A stretch of DNA of 64,000 bases from Nostoc sp. (GCA_036918135.1 JBALDB010000039.1:32001-96000); one strand, 5' to 3'; shown: positions 1 through 11,532, counted from the stretch's first letter. The notes: generated by a model from the letters alone, not told the origin. Made by a program: numbers and translations.

Positions 1-179
1 TTTTGTCCATAGACCAAGTGATTGTTGACCGTGTGAAATCTACTTCTCCTGCTGATTTAGAAGCTGCTATTGAAGGAATTGTCAAAAATGAATTACAGGC
101 AATTGTAACTTTAGGCGGTGTTTTAGGTTTTGTTGTGGGATTATTTCAAACAGGGTTTTTGCTTTTGAGTCAATTTTAA
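1..179 (+). CDS. 3' end of DUF445-family membrane protein (partial)
   Basis: Frame from nt 3 reads [50 protein letters not shown], a typical DUF445 C-terminus; TAA at 177-179. Confidence 0.75.
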   Translation, partial: LSIDQVIVDRVKSTSPADLEAAIEGIVKNELQAIVTLGGVLGFVVGLFQTGFLLLSQF

Positions 180-470
180 ATTTTTGTCAAAGATAGTTGT
201 CAGAATAAAATTGAGCGATCGCCTTTGAATGCGAGGTTTAAGTAAAAGGCGATCGCTATTGTTTAACGTTAGTTCTGCTCTCAGTACTCGTGAATGCGTT
301 GACGTAGTCCCCCGCAAGCTTCGCCCCAAAACTAATCACTGTCTTATCCCTGACAAAAAAGCTCTAGCGCTGGCTACTTGTGGAGCAAATTTACGTAATA
401 CTTAGAAGCTGTTCCTCACAGCTAGTAGAGGTTATTTAACCCATTAGCTTAAGCTCAAATTTTTAACTAG

Positions 471-554
471 TGGGCAGGAGGAGAATCGAACTCCTATGAC
501 CGCAAGGTCGCCACATTTTGAGTGTGGTGCGTCTACCAGTTTCGCCACCCGCCC
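471..554 (-). tRNA. trnL: tRNA-Leu (CAA)
   Basis: Reverse complement GGGCGGGTGGCGAAACTGGTAGACGCA-CCACA-CTCAAAA-TGTGG, long variable arm, GTTCGATTC T-loop, acceptor stem GGGCGGG/CCTGCCC. Confidence 0.97.
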
Positions 555-794
555 TTATATTCAACTTCACTATTATACTCTACTCAGTGATTTTGCAACA
601 ACAAATTTCAAGATTGATTCTCAAAGTTTTGCTGGATTAATAGTTTTAAGTAATTGCGCCAATATGCTATTTAGCTATATTACATAGTTGGTAAGTATTT
701 CCAAACTGGAAATTGTCTGCTCAGGATGTGTGGATTATTTAAGTCCTGTACTTTTACCTGTTTACTCTTGTGGGGATTCACTGAACTATAGCGC

Positions 795-1916
795 TTAAAG
801 GCGTGGAAACATTAATAAACTAGGGTCAATATCCTGTAGCTTGGCACAGCCGCTAAGTGCCATTGCCAAATTTAACTCGTCTTGGAGAAGTGAAATGACA
901 TGAGATACACCGGCTTGTCCTGCTACCGCTAGTCCCCACAAAATGGGTCGTCCGATAAGTACCGCTTTTGCTCCTAATGCTAAAGCCTTAAGAATGTCTG
1001 TGCCTCTACGGATGCCTCCATCCAACAGTATTTCTAACCTACCATTGACTGCTAATACTATTTCTGATAAGGCATCTAAAGAAGCGATCGCACCGTCGAG
1101 TTGTCTGCCTCCATGATTAGAAACAATAATTGCTTTGGCTCCATATTCTACAGCCCGCAATGCATCATCTGAGCGTAAAATTCCTTTGAGTACTAGAGGT
1201 AGTGGAGATATGGACTGCAACCATTCCAAGTCCCTCCAAGTAACTGCTGGGTTTAGCTGTTGAGCAAAATAGGTAAATAGCCCAGATTCGCCTTTTTCAT
1301 GGGAAATATCTAGTCCTGATATAGTTGCAAGATTAGCCAAATGTAGGTCTAGAGGTAAAGCAAACTCATTACGTCTATCTTTTTCGCGCTGTCCGAGAAC
1401 TGGTGCATCTACAGTCAGACAAAGTGCTTGATAACCTGCTTTATAGGCTTTTTCTACCAAAGCACGAGTCAAGCCTCGGTCTTTGTGGATGTAAAGCTGG
1501 AACCAGCGTAGAGAATCTGGAAACTGCTCGCAAGCGCTTGCTACTTCTTCAATGCTTTTTGTTGCCATTGTACTTAACACCATGCCGACACCAGCTGATG
1601 CTGCGGCTGAGGCGGTGGCAATTTCTCCATCGGGATGAGCTAGACATTGAAAAGCCATCGGTGCAACCAGTAAAGGTAGTTGCAGAGGTTGTCCTAAAAT
1701 GGAGGTATTGAGATGGCGATCGCTAACATCAACTAATATCCGAGGTCGCAGCTTGATTCGCTCAAAGGCAATACGATTATCTCGCAAGGTGATTTCATCC
1801 CAAGCACCACTACTGTAGTAATCAAGGGTCATTTGGGATAGATACTGTTTTGCAAGTTTTTCGTATTCAAAGAGGTTAATGGGTTGAAAGCGATCGTCGT
1901 TGGGTACAACTGTCAT
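795..1916 (-). CDS. FMN-dependent alpha-hydroxy acid oxidase (L-lactate/glycolate oxidase family)
   Basis: SNHGGRQLD, DGGIRRGTD and WFQLY motifs. Confidence 0.93.
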   Translation of the reverse strand: MTVVPNDDRFQPINLFEYEKLAKQYLSQMTLDYYSSGAWDEITLRDNRIAFERIKLRPRILVDVSDRHLNTSILGQPLQLPLLVAPMAFQCLAHPDGEIATASAAASAGVGMVLSTMATKSIEEVASACEQFPDSLRWFQLYIHKDRGLTRALVEKAYKAGYQALCLTVDAPVLGQREKDRRNEFALPLDLHLANLATISGLDISHEKGESGLFTYFAQQLNPAVTWRDLEWLQSISPLPLVLKGILRSDDALRAVEYGAKAIIVSNHGGRQLDGAIASLDALSEIVLAVNGRLEILLDGGIRRGTDILKALALGAKAVLIGRPILWGLAVAGQAGVSHVISLLQDELNLAMALSGCAKLQDIDPSLLMFPRL

Positions 1917-2313
1917 GGTAGCGACCGTGGGTTAAGTGATGGGATGTCTTTTTAATTCCATCAAAGTTATGATATATCGCTAAGTAACCTATTTAATAAT
2001 TCTTCTAATTTTTGTTCGTAAATAGGTGATAAATGTATAATTTAATTTCTATCCTCATCTTCTATATTTTTATTTCCTTCTAACGTGGTCTTTAAAGTCA
2101 ATAAAAAATCTATCGCTTTGTAACGTCAAGGATTATTTGAGGAAAGTGCTTCTGGTTCGTCTATTGCTTGTTCCGGTTTTTTATTAATAATTAAAAAGCT
2201 TGTATTCTTAATTCATAATTCGCAAATTCTTAATTAGGAATTACAAATTATGAATTACGAATTACAAATTATTTGCTCAAGAGATATTACCTTATTTGGT
2301 GATTCTGGTAAAT

Positions 2314-3192
2314 TTACCAGTTTCGCCAGCCGCCTTTGGGTGCAACTTCACCATCGGTAGATTTAAGTCCCTGACCTTGAATTAGAGATTGATATTCTGT
2401 GCTGCTTGCCCAACGGTCAATTTCTCGCGCCCGTAACACTGGTACTGGATGAGTTAATTGGGCTGTACGGGCAGCTTTGACCATTTCACCGAGTTCGGTC
2501 TTGCTAATATCATCGTAAGCGCGGGCTTGGGCAACAAAGGCATCGAGGTTTAATTGCGGTGCTAAGGTGGGAGAACCACCAGCTAGCTTCATCAATACGG
2601 ACATGACAACTTTGGGGTCTTGTGTTGCTAACAATGCAGCGCGATCGCAGGTAAACTCAGCACAGCGCACCCATTCCAATAGTTGTGCTTGTATTGCTTG
2701 GGCAATAAAGGCCCCGACATTCGGCACAATTGCCGCAGCTAATATTAGTAAATTTACAGGCGTCAAGTAAACGCTATGGTCACACTTGAGATGTCCCAAC
2801 TCGTGGGCAATTACTGCTTGGATTTCCTCTGGCGTGAGGATATCAATTAAGGAAGTGTGCAGAACTATAAAAGGTTGCTTACCCCGCACAGCAAAAGTAT
2901 AAGCGTTGGGAGCTGGATGCTGTCGGACGTACAACTGGGGAGGCTCTATATCCAAGATTTTGCAGGCTTGTAACAACAGCTGATGTAAATCAGGCAATTG
3001 TTTCTCACTCACCAGAACGCTTGAGGCAATATTTTCTACATAAAAAACCTGCTCTGCCATTGGGCCAAGCCAATTTCGCACCAACATATCGATACCTGGT
3101 ATCTGCTTGAGCGCATTAGTAGCTTCCAGATCTAATGGATGACGAAATGAGTCAGCTTTTAAACCAATCAGGGGGGTTTTGAAGAAGGACAT
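2314..3192 (-). CDS. M48 family zinc metallopeptidase
   Basis: HELGH (HExxH), NAY, EFTCDR and THP motifs; start placed at MSFFK. Confidence 0.9.
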   Translation of the reverse strand: MSFFKTPLIGLKADSFRHPLDLEATNALKQIPGIDMLVRNWLGPMAEQVFYVENIASSVLVSEKQLPDLHQLLLQACKILDIEPPQLYVRQHPAPNAYTFAVRGKQPFIVLHTSLIDILTPEEIQAVIAHELGHLKCDHSVYLTPVNLLILAAAIVPNVGAFIAQAIQAQLLEWVRCAEFTCDRAALLATQDPKVVMSVLMKLAGGSPTLAPQLNLDAFVAQARAYDDISKTELGEMVKAARTAQLTHPVPVLRAREIDRWASSTEYQSLIQGQGLKSTDGEVAPKGGWRNW

Positions 3193-3456
3193 AGTGCAGC
3201 AAGCTATAAAAAAATACAACTATGGAAGTTGGCTGGTTAAATGAAACAGCCTCCCAAAAATAGTATAGCGATTAAGTCGGGTCGGCATTATCCATGCTAG
3301 GTATGCAGGGGGCATTGGGCAAATAGGAAGTGTGGGAGGGGTGGGAGGTGTGGGAGGAAAAGGAGGATAGGGAGGATGGGGAAGAAATCTTGCCCCCCTC
3401 TCTCCCTACACTCCCCCATCTCCCCATCACCTCATCTCTTCATCAGAGCATCAATT

Positions 3457-4824
3457 TCAACTTGATACGCTAGTGACACTGGGAGCAATTTGTGCATCTG
3501 CTGATGCTTCGCCCACTCGTAGGATTCTAGCTCCCAATTGCTGCAACTTCGTATCAAGTCGATCGTAGCCGCGATCGAGGTGCTGTAATCCTTGAATTGT
3601 AGTTTGTCCTTCTGCTGCTAATCCTGCTAGGACTAGTGCTGCGGATGCTCGCAAGTCTGTGCCTAATACTGGTGCGCCAGATAGCTTCGGTACTCCCCTA
3701 ACGAAAGCAGCATTACCTTTAACACGAATATCTGCTCCCAAACGATTTAACTCTGAGGCATGACGCAAGCGATTTTCAAAAACAGATTCGTTAATTACGC
3801 TGTCGCCTTCAGCCAATGTCAACAAAGCCATGAACGGCGCTTGCATATCTGTAGGAAAACCTGGATGGTATTGGGTTTCAATATCTGTTGCCTTCAGGGT
3901 TTTCGCTGGGAGAATACGTAAGTGTTCAGGTGCTTCCTCGATTATTGTCACTCCAATATCGCGCAGCTTGGCAATCACTGGTATGAGATGTTCTGGAGCC
4001 ACAGGTGAGAGGCTAAGTTCTGAGCGGGTAATTGCTGCTGCCACTAAAAACGTTCCCGCTTCAATGCGATCGGGGATAATACTGTAATCAACAGAATGCA
4101 ACTTGGGGACTCCTTCGATGATAATTCTGCTAGTCCCTGCCCCAGTAATTTTTGCTCCCATCGCATTACAGAAGTTAGCTAAATCAACTACTTCCGGTTC
4201 TCTGGCAGCGTTTTCAATGATTGTTTCGCCTTCTGCCAAGGTAGCCGCCATCATCAAGTTTTCCGTTGCTCCGACACTGGCGATGTCTAAGTAAATTTTT
4301 GCTCCCTTTAACCTGCGGTTGCTACCTGGAACGTAGGCGTTACAAATGCCATGTTCAATCTGCACCTCAGCTCCCATTGCTTGCAGTCCTCGGACATGCA
4401 AATCAACTGGTCTTGCTCCGATAGCACAACCACCTGGTAAGGGCATCTGCGCTACTCCCAGTCTTGCTAGAATTGCACCAATAGCAAAAAAGCTCGCCCT
4501 CAACTGAGTAACTAGTTCGTAAGGAGCTTTCGATGTTTTAATTTCGCTGGCATTAATATCTAAAATATCGCCCTGGCGTTTTAAACGTACACCCAAAGCC
4601 GATAACACCTGACCCATCCGCTCTATATCCGCTAATAAGGGAACATTGCGGATGCGACAATCACCTGGACACAGCAAGGCTCCAGCCATGATTACTAATG
4701 CTGCATTTTTTGCCCCACTAATTTTTACATCACCTCGCAAAGGATGCCCACCCCAAATTTGCAAGACTGAGGAGTCCGCTTTGGGAGCAAATTTGGCATC
4801 TGGTAAGCTGCTAGAAGGATTAAT
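3457..4824 (-). CDS. murA: UDP-N-acetylglucosamine 1-carboxyvinyltransferase
   Basis: [20 protein letters not shown] (catalytic Cys), [19 protein letters not shown]; start uncertain (TTG 4764 or ATT 4824 after GGAGG). Confidence 0.97.
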   Translation of the reverse strand: MNPSSSLPDAKFAPKADSSVLQIWGGHPLRGDVKISGAKNAALVIMAGALLCPGDCRIRNVPLLADIERMGQVLSALGVRLKRQGDILDINASEIKTSKAPYELVTQLRASFFAIGAILARLGVAQMPLPGGCAIGARPVDLHVRGLQAMGAEVQIEHGICNAYVPGSNRRLKGAKIYLDIASVGATENLMMAATLAEGETIIENAAREPEVVDLANFCNAMGAKITGAGTSRIIIEGVPKLHSVDYSIIPDRIEAGTFLVAAAITRSELSLSPVAPEHLIPVIAKLRDIGVTIIEEAPEHLRILPAKTLKATDIETQYHPGFPTDMQAPFMALLTLAEGDSVINESVFENRLRHASELNRLGADIRVKGNAAFVRGVPKLSGAPVLGTDLRASAALVLAGLAAEGQTTIQGLQHLDRGYDRLDTKLQQLGARILRVGEASADAQIAPSVTSVSS

Positions 4825-5989
4825 AATCCTACCTCCAAAATTAATACGTATTTTATATGTCTGAAGTTGGTTTTGATTCTACAGTAAAGATTCAATTTGT
4901 CCACATTTTAGAACAATATCTCTGATTAAAAAATTGTATTTTTACTCATAGATTTACACGAAAAACCAGGACTAGCAAGGTTTTCAAGCTTTTGAAACCT
5001 TTAACAAAAAAGACTGCCTCAGTAGTACTTACAAGTAAAAAAAAATACTCAATAATCTAACTTAGGTATTTGCTAAAAATCAATACTCTAATGGATATTT
5101 TTAGAGGATTACTGAATGAATGAATAAATTGATTTATATAGATACAGTTTGATACTTAAAATAATGAATTAATAATTTAATCAAGTATTTTAGTATTTAT
5201 TATCTCTTGAAAGAGCATGATTTCTTTGATAAAAGACGTGTTAAATCATGTATAATCAGTGAATTTTAACTTTAAAATTTTGTCAGATATGTCTTAGTTA
5301 TATAGCAGTTCACTTTGGTGATAAAACTTGGGAAACTTTTGAAATGCTCAGCTAAAATAAATTATTATTATATCATTTAGCACCATAAAAAGATGTATTT
5401 ATAGTAATATATATATTTTTTATATATTAAAGAGTTAAAAAATATTTACTCAGATAATTTAAAAATCAGTAATGAATTATTGCTGCATTCATGAATAAGG
5501 GTTCTACAGGTATTGATAGTAGTGGTGCGGTTGTTTTTTTGGGGGCGATCGCTTTGACGAGTTGAACATTTTCCTACTGAAGGAGTATATTTTGAGAAAA
5601 TGCGATCGCTAACTTGAGATTAACTATAAAACTTTCAATCAAAGTAATTAAAGCGAATTACCAACTATTTAATTTGTTTTTTCAAGGATGGTGTCAAAAT
5701 CATAATTCCCTATTTTTTGTTCAACTTCCATATCCAAGTATCTTATCGTAGCTATTAAGCCCAGCGATGTCTGTCTTGAAAAGTTCAGATCGGCGGAAGC
5801 CGCAGCTCCGACTTTTCGCTATGACGGGCGTAGCTGCGGCATCAATTAAGCTGGAGATGCAAAAGAGCGATGGTCAAAAGTAAAAAGAAAAAATAGCTAT
5901 ACCATAAGCCTTTTACCAATTCCAGATGGTCTGTTTATTTCTGCCGTATTGTATGGATTGTTTAGCGCTAATTTTGTAATTTCCTATAA

Positions 5990-6214
5990 TTATATTTTGC
6001 TGTAGTTTGCAACTTCAACCTCATGAGCGATGCTTGTAGGTTTAGGAATAGGTAAACCATCTTCTAGCATTCCTTCTATATGAAATACAATAGCTTCTGC
6101 AATCATCTGCTTGACTTCTTCTAAAGTTTCGCCCACAGCTACACAACCTGGTAAATCAGGGATATAAGCGCCATAGCTAGTTTCTCCCTTTTCAATCACA
6201 ACTGTATAACGCAT
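5990..6214 (-). CDS. hicB: HicB-family antitoxin (short form)
   Basis: YGAYIPDLPGCVAVGETLEE motif; start overlaps the stop of the upstream hicA. Confidence 0.9.
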   Translation of the reverse strand: MRYTVVIEKGETSYGAYIPDLPGCVAVGETLEEVKQMIAEAIVFHIEGMLEDGLPIPKPTSIAHEVEVANYSKI

Positions 6215-6405
6215 CAGTCTTCCTCCAATCGAGCTTGTCTCCAGATATTTTTCAGAGTACCAATTGGCACATCCACATTTGGCTTACCAGACACTGTTAC
6301 AGTACCAGGTTTATCTGGATGTTTGAACTGTCGATGACTACCTTTAGTTCTATCAAGATACCAACCATCAGCTTCTAGTCGTTTGATAACTTCGCGTACT
6401 TTCAT
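6214..6405 (-). CDS. hicA: HicA-family mRNA interferase toxin
   Basis: 63 aa MKVREVIKRLEADGW..KGSHRQFKHP..VTV..GTLKNI; start is the ATG at 6405, not the 6552 ORF start. Confidence 0.92.
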   Translation of the reverse strand: MKVREVIKRLEADGWYLDRTKGSHRQFKHPDKPGTVTVSGKPNVDVPIGTLKNIWRQARLEED

Positions 6406-6571
6406 CCTACTACTTATCTGTAGAGATAAAATTTCTGTTAACCCTTGTAGAGACGTTTCTTGTTGTAAATAAAGCCCAGTGCAATGTCTACGACGGCCGT
6501 AGCTGCGCCACCAATGATGATGGAGATGCAAAAGAACTAGAGGTGTTCTCAAACTGCAAATTAGACTTAAT

Positions 6572-6647
6572 TGGAGGTTGGGTTAAACGAAGTGAAACCA
6601 GCATCTGTGATGGGTAATATTAGGTTTCGTTCCTAAACCCAACCGAC
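6572..6647. repeat. REP-like imperfect palindromic element
   Basis: GGTTGGGTTAAACGAAGTGAAACC ... GGTTTCGTTCCTAAACCCAACC inverted arms. Confidence 0.6.
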
Positions 6648-6667
6648 GTTTCATAACTTAAAATAAT

Positions 6668-7349
6668 TTACTCAGTAAAATCATGCTTTAGTTCTCCACT
6701 TGACATCATTGCACCGTATAATATAGTATTCTGAAAAATAGTGCCGTTTATATTTGCTCTAAATAATGTAGCTTGTTGCATAATTGTTTTGGTTAAATTA
6801 GCTTTTTCTAAATTAGCTTCAAAAAGAGAACAAGATGAAAGATTGGCTTCTGTCAGATTAGCTGCTTTAAAGTTTGCTTTTTGTAAATTAGACATTAAAA
6901 GCTTAGCTTTTTTAATTAGCCCCTTGAAGATTTGCTTCTATTAAATTTGATTGTTCAAGGTATGCTCCTTGAAGGTTTGCTTTTTGAAGATTGGCTCTAA
7001 ATAAAAATACTTGTGCAAGATTTGCTTCTATAAGACTGGTTTTTTGAAGATTTGCTTCTACTAAATTTGATTGTGTAAGGTATGCTCCTTGAAGGTTTGC
7101 TTTTTGAAGATTAGCTCTATTAAGATTAGCCCTACTAAGGGTTACTTGAACAAGATTTGCATTCGACAAATTTGCTTCTTGAAGATTTGCAGCAGATAAA
7201 TTTTTATTTGATAAATCTGCATTCGATAAATCACATCTAGGACAATTATTTGTTTTTAATAACTGTTCCAAATGCTGAGGATTTGCAGCAGATGTAGGTA
7301 AAGAGATTAATAAACTAGCTAAAAAACAACCTAAAAAAGCTTTTTGCAT
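6668..7349 (-). pseudogene. Secreted pentapeptide-repeat protein, frameshifted near 6905-6915
   Basis: Signal peptide, then CPRCDL and A(N/D)Lxx repeats; the repeats continue in another frame (6668-6895) after GCTAAT-TAAAAAA-GCT. Confidence 0.8.
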
Positions 7350-7463
7350 AAACTGATTTGGAATAAATTAAATTTTACTAAAAACAGTTTAATATGAAAA
7401 AATAAATTTTTTCAGCTTTAATAATTATTGTCAACTAACTTTATATGAAACACCAAAAATATT

Positions 7464-7490
7464 ACCCCTCTCCGCCACCCGGAAAGGGGT
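7464..7490 (-). terminator. Hairpin downstream of ndhJ
   Basis: ACCCCTCTCCG-CCACC-CGGAAAGGGGT stem-loop. Confidence 0.55.
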
Positions 7491-7516
7491 TAATCACTGA
7501 TGAAACTCAGCACTAA

Positions 7517-8047
7517 TTAATAAGCGTCTTGCAATTCGTAGAAATCAGGCGAGACATAATCTTTCCGCAAAGGCCAACCTACCCAATCTTCTGGCATCAA
7601 AAGTCGTTTGAGATTTGGGTGTCCTTCATAAATAATGCCGAACATATCGTAAGACTCGCGTTCTTGCCAATCAGCGGTCTTCCAAATCCAATACACTGAA
7701 GGCACCACGGGATTTTCTCGTGATAGGAACACCTTTAAACGGACTTCTTGGGGGCGATCGCTATTATCACCCACTTTAATCAAGTGATATACACTCACCA
7801 ATTCTTGTCCTGGCCCAAGGTCAATACCACCTTGAAACTGGAGATAATTAAACCCATAAGCATAGAGGGCTGTAGCAGTGGGGAGCAAGAAATTCGCCTC
7901 CACTTTAATTATCTCTACCCCATTTTTGTCTGGTGGCAAAAACTCATGCTCAAAACCATTTTCTGTTAACCACTGAGAAACTTTACCGGCTTCTACCAAT
8001 GACTCTTCTTTGGCTGCTGGTACTGGTTTAGATTCTTCTTCAGCCAC
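7517..8047 (-). CDS. ndhJ: NDH-1 subunit J
   Basis: [38 protein letters not shown]. Confidence 0.97.
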   Translation of the reverse strand: MAEEESKPVPAAKEESLVEAGKVSQWLTENGFEHEFLPPDKNGVEIIKVEANFLLPTATALYAYGFNYLQFQGGIDLGPGQELVSVYHLIKVGDNSDRPQEVRLKVFLSRENPVVPSVYWIWKTADWQERESYDMFGIIYEGHPNLKRLLMPEDWVGWPLRKDYVSPDFYELQDAY

Positions 8048-8777
8048 GGCTTTGTTCCTCCTTTTGTGTCTTTGCTGTCAGCAATGCAGGTGGTACTGGC
8101 ATACCAATCGCTTCTGCCAATTCTTTCGGTGGTACAGAGCGAGTTTCTGATTGCAAATACTTACCAGTTAAAATTTCTTTTACTGGTTTGAGGTTATGAG
8201 TCGTGCTGTAATAGCGGTGAGTTTGCTTAATTTTATTCCGCTCTTGCATCGAATCATTAGCAATTTTCTTCCGCAACTTAATAATCGCGTCGATAATTGC
8301 TTCTGGACGAGGAGGACAACCAGGCAAGTACACATCCACAGGAATCAGTTTATCAACTCCGCGCACTGCCGTTGGAGAATCAACACTGAACATCCCACCA
8401 GTAATCGTGCAAGCTCCCATTGCGATTACATACTTCGGTTCTGGCATTTGTTCATAAAGCCGCACCAGTTGGGGTGCCATCTTCATGGTGATTGTCCCTG
8501 CCGTAATGATTAAATCAGCTTGGCGGGGGCTAGAACGAGGAATTAGTCCAAAACGGTCAAAATCAAATCGTGAGCCAATTAAAGCTGCAAACTCAATAAA
8601 GCAGCAAGCAGTACCAAATAGCAACGGCCACAAACTAGAAAGCCGTGCCCAGTTGTAGAGATCGTCAACCGTGGTCAAAATCACATTTTCTGAAAGGTCT
8701 TGAGTGATTGTCGGACGATCGATAGGGTTGATGATTCGCTCTTTGTCCTGGGTTATTAAGTTAGAATTTAAGACCAT
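8040..8777 (-). CDS. ndhK: NDH-1 subunit K
   Basis: [31 protein letters not shown]. Confidence 0.97.
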   Translation of the reverse strand: MVLNSNLITQDKERIINPIDRPTITQDLSENVILTTVDDLYNWARLSSLWPLLFGTACCFIEFAALIGSRFDFDRFGLIPRSSPRQADLIITAGTITMKMAPQLVRLYEQMPEPKYVIAMGACTITGGMFSVDSPTAVRGVDKLIPVDVYLPGCPPRPEAIIDAIIKLRKKIANDSMQERNKIKQTHRYYSTTHNLKPVKEILTGKYLQSETRSVPPKELAEAIGMPVPPALLTAKTQKEEQSRG

Positions 8778-9130
8778 TCCAAAGCTCCTTTACGCCATGC
8801 GTAAACTAAAGCGACTACAAGAATTGCAATAAAGATTAGCGCTTCAATAAATGCCAATAATCCTAGACGATGGAAAGCTACCGCCCAAGGATACAAAAAT
8901 ACAGTCTCCACATCAAAAACGACAAAGACCAGAGCAAACATGTAGTAGCGGATATTGAACTGAATCCAGGCTCCCCCGATGGGTTCCATCCCAGATTCAT
9001 AAGTAGTACGCTTTTCAGGGCTGTAACCACTGGGTCGTAGGAGCTTGGATGCTGAGAGCGCTAAGGCAGGAACTAGGCTACAGACTATTAAGAAGCCTAG
9101 AAAGTACTCGTAACCGCTGAGGACAAACAC
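8768..9130 (-). CDS. ndhC: NDH-1 subunit 3
   Basis: [28 protein letters not shown]. Confidence 0.97.
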   Translation of the reverse strand: MFVLSGYEYFLGFLIVCSLVPALALSASKLLRPSGYSPEKRTTYESGMEPIGGAWIQFNIRYYMFALVFVVFDVETVFLYPWAVAFHRLGLLAFIEALIFIAILVVALVYAWRKGALEWS

Positions 9131-9459
9131 AATGAGTATCTACCGCTTATGAAGTATTTAAGTTGGGAGTGGGGTATGGAGACTGGGGACTGGGGAGTAA
9201 GGGAGACGAAAAGATAGAGAGATAGGGAAAGAATTCACCTCACTCCCCACATTTCCAATGCCCCATGCCCAATCCCCAGTACCCAATCCCTTGAATTGCG
9301 TTACTTTCTTTTACATTATATCTTTTTGATTTTTCTGAAATCTACGAAACAAATGCACTTCAGGTATTTGATTCGTTTTTGGTATTGATAGAAAAGTCTA
9401 ACAGTTATGTCATAATTTTTAACGTATATTTAAGATTTCTCCTCTGCGAGGCCTTAGTC

Positions 9460-9795
9460 ATGAGCGAACCAGCTGTTGAGACTTCAGTGTTAGACCGCTA
9501 TGAGTGTCGCGCCTGCGGTTATATATACGAACCCGAAAAGGGAGACGACAAACATGACATTACTCCAGGAACAGCTTTTGCAGAACTGCCGATAACTTGG
9601 CGCTGTCCAGTTTGTAGTGCCAAGAAAGCGGTTTTTGCCAATATTGGTCCTGCGGGTACTGCATCCGGCTTCAAAGAAAATCTCGGTTACGGTCTGGGTG
9701 TCAATAACCTAACGCCAATCCAGAAAAATATCCTAATTTTTGGCGCTTTGGCTGTTGCATTTTTGTTTTTTCTCAGTCTCTACGGTTTACAATAA
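9460..9795 (+). CDS. rubA: Membrane-anchored rubredoxin
   Basis: CRACGYIY ... WRCPVC plus C-terminal TM helix; lies upstream of ycf48-psbEFLJ. Confidence 0.93.
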   Translation: MSEPAVETSVLDRYECRACGYIYEPEKGDDKHDITPGTAFAELPITWRCPVCSAKKAVFANIGPAGTASGFKENLGYGLGVNNLTPIQKNILIFGALAVAFLFFLSLYGLQ

Positions 9796-9977
9796 GACCC
9801 GCTTGAGAGTGCTGATTATTGAGTGTTAACTGCTGAATTAGGAGTTCTCAATTGTGAATTCTGAATTTTCAACAGACCCTCATCCTGTTTTACCAAGTCT
9901 ATAAAGCGACTGTAGCCTTTAAGCTAAACCTTTTAGAAAACCTCTACACAAATTTAGAACCAATCTAAGAGATACTG

Positions 9978-10997
9978 ATGCATTCAATTGTGAAAAGTTG
10001 GCAACGAATATTTGCCTTGTTACTCGTAGTCCTGATGTGTATAGGTTGTAGCAAAGTTCCATCTGTTAACTACAACCCTTGGAAAATCATTTCTGTGCCA
10101 ACAGATGCGAAGTTGCTAGATATTGCTTTTACTGATAATCCTCAGCACGGCTACTTAGTAGGTAGCAGTGCCACACTATTGGAAACCAATGATGGAGGTG
10201 ATACTTGGAAACCAATAACACTGCAACTAGATGAGCAAAAGTATCGCTTTAACTCAGTAAGTTTTTTGGGGAGAGATGGCTGGATTGCCGGAGAACCTGG
10301 ATTTTTAATTCATACCACTGATAATGGTGCTTCTTGGTCGCGGATTCCTTTGAGCGAAAAGCTACCGGGTAACCCGATCGCAATTAAGGCACTAGGAGAC
10401 AACAAAGCTGAGTTGGCTACTGATGTGGGAGCCATCTATCAGACTACAGACGGCGGCAAAAACTGGAAAGCTCAAGTGGAGTCAGCAGTTGGTGTAGTGC
10501 GTAACTTAGAACGTTCTGCAGATGGCAAATATGTTGCTGTTTCCGCTAAGGGTAACTTCTACTCTACTTGGGAACCAGGGCAAAATGCTTGGGTTCCTCA
10601 TAACCGTAATAGTTCCCGGCGGGTAGAAAACATGGGTTTTGCTGACAGTGGTCAGTTATGGATGCTAGCCAGAGGAGGTCAAATCCAGTTCAACGAACCA
10701 ACTAAACCTGAAGAATGGCAAAAAGCACAAAATCCAGAGTTATCCACCAGTTGGGGTTTACTAGATTTGGCATACCGCACACCTAATGAAATTTGGATCG
10801 GTGGCGGTAGCGGTAATTTGCTACGGAGTACCGATGGTGGCCAAACCTGGGAAAAAGACCGTGAGGTAGAAGAAGTAGCTGCTAATTTGTACAAGATTGT
10901 TTTCTTCCAACCAAATCAAGGATTTGTGATAGGCGATCGGGGTGTCTTGCTCAAATATCTACCAAACCCAGAAACAACTTCTTCAGAAGCAGCTTAA
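9978..10997 (+). CDS. ycf48: Photosystem II assembly factor Ycf48/HCF136
   Basis: Lipoprotein-like N-terminus, TxDGGxxW repeats, conserved position. Confidence 0.95.
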   Translation: MHSIVKSWQRIFALLLVVLMCIGCSKVPSVNYNPWKIISVPTDAKLLDIAFTDNPQHGYLVGSSATLLETNDGGDTWKPITLQLDEQKYRFNSVSFLGRDGWIAGEPGFLIHTTDNGASWSRIPLSEKLPGNPIAIKALGDNKAELATDVGAIYQTTDGGKNWKAQVESAVGVVRNLERSADGKYVAVSAKGNFYSTWEPGQNAWVPHNRNSSRRVENMGFADSGQLWMLARGGQIQFNEPTKPEEWQKAQNPELSTSWGLLDLAYRTPNEIWIGGGSGNLLRSTDGGQTWEKDREVEEVAANLYKIVFFQPNQGFVIGDRGVLLKYLPNPETTSSEAA

Positions 10998-11274
10998 TGG
11001 AGGCTGGGGAGATGAGGAGATGGGGGAGGGTGGGGAGTGTGGGGAGAGAGGGGGGAAAAGATGACCACATGGGGGAGTGTGGGGAGTGTAGGGAGAGAGG
11101 GGGGCAAGATTTCTTCCCTATCCTCTCTATCCTCCTTTTCCTCCCACACCTCCTGTTTGCCCCATGCCCCAATACCCAATCCCCATTTCTGAGAAGAACG
11201 TTGCAACTTGTAACTCTTTCTAAACTTTGTAGGATAATAAACTCAATACATTCTTTGTGAAGGTAGGGATTTAA

Positions 11275-11523
11275 ATGTCAGGTACCACTGGAGAACGTCC
11301 ATTTTCGGACATCATTACCAGCGTTCGTTACTGGGTAATTCATAGCATCACCATCCCCGCATTGTTTATTGCTGGTTGGTTATTCATCAGCACTGGACTG
11401 GCTTATGATGCTTTCGGCACACCGCGTCCTAATGAATATTTCACACCAGCGCGGCAGGAAGTGCCAATTGTGAAGAACCGTTTTGAAGCGAAAAAGCAAG
11501 TTGAACAATTTATTGGAAAGTAG
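11275..11523 (+). CDS. psbE: Cytochrome b559 alpha subunit
   Basis: [28 protein letters not shown]. Confidence 0.99.
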   Translation: MSGTTGERPFSDIITSVRYWVIHSITIPALFIAGWLFISTGLAYDAFGTPRPNEYFTPARQEVPIVKNRFEAKKQVEQFIGK

Positions 11524-11532
11524 TTTGAGATC

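Noticed and set aside
215..256. HIP1 octamers as a special signal
   Set aside because: GCGATCGC is abundant throughout and is a normal genome-wide cyanobacterial feature
180..470. Integrated element at the tRNA-Leu 3' end
   Set aside because: No integrase and no duplicated tRNA 3' end found in the window
496..687. 63-aa ORF
   Set aside because: Antisense to tRNA-Leu; spurious
4870..5750. Hidden gene or ncRNA in the long AT-rich region upstream of murA
   Set aside because: Only short, stop-interrupted frames and no convincing structure recognised
6406..6552. N-terminal extension of HicA in the ORF track
   Set aside because: Runs through intergenic repeats; the HicA fold starts at ATG 6405
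10951..11260. Three overlapping ORFs between ycf48 and psbE
   Set aside because: Translations of the G/C-block repeat; the same artefact appears at 35133-35828 and 39070-39583
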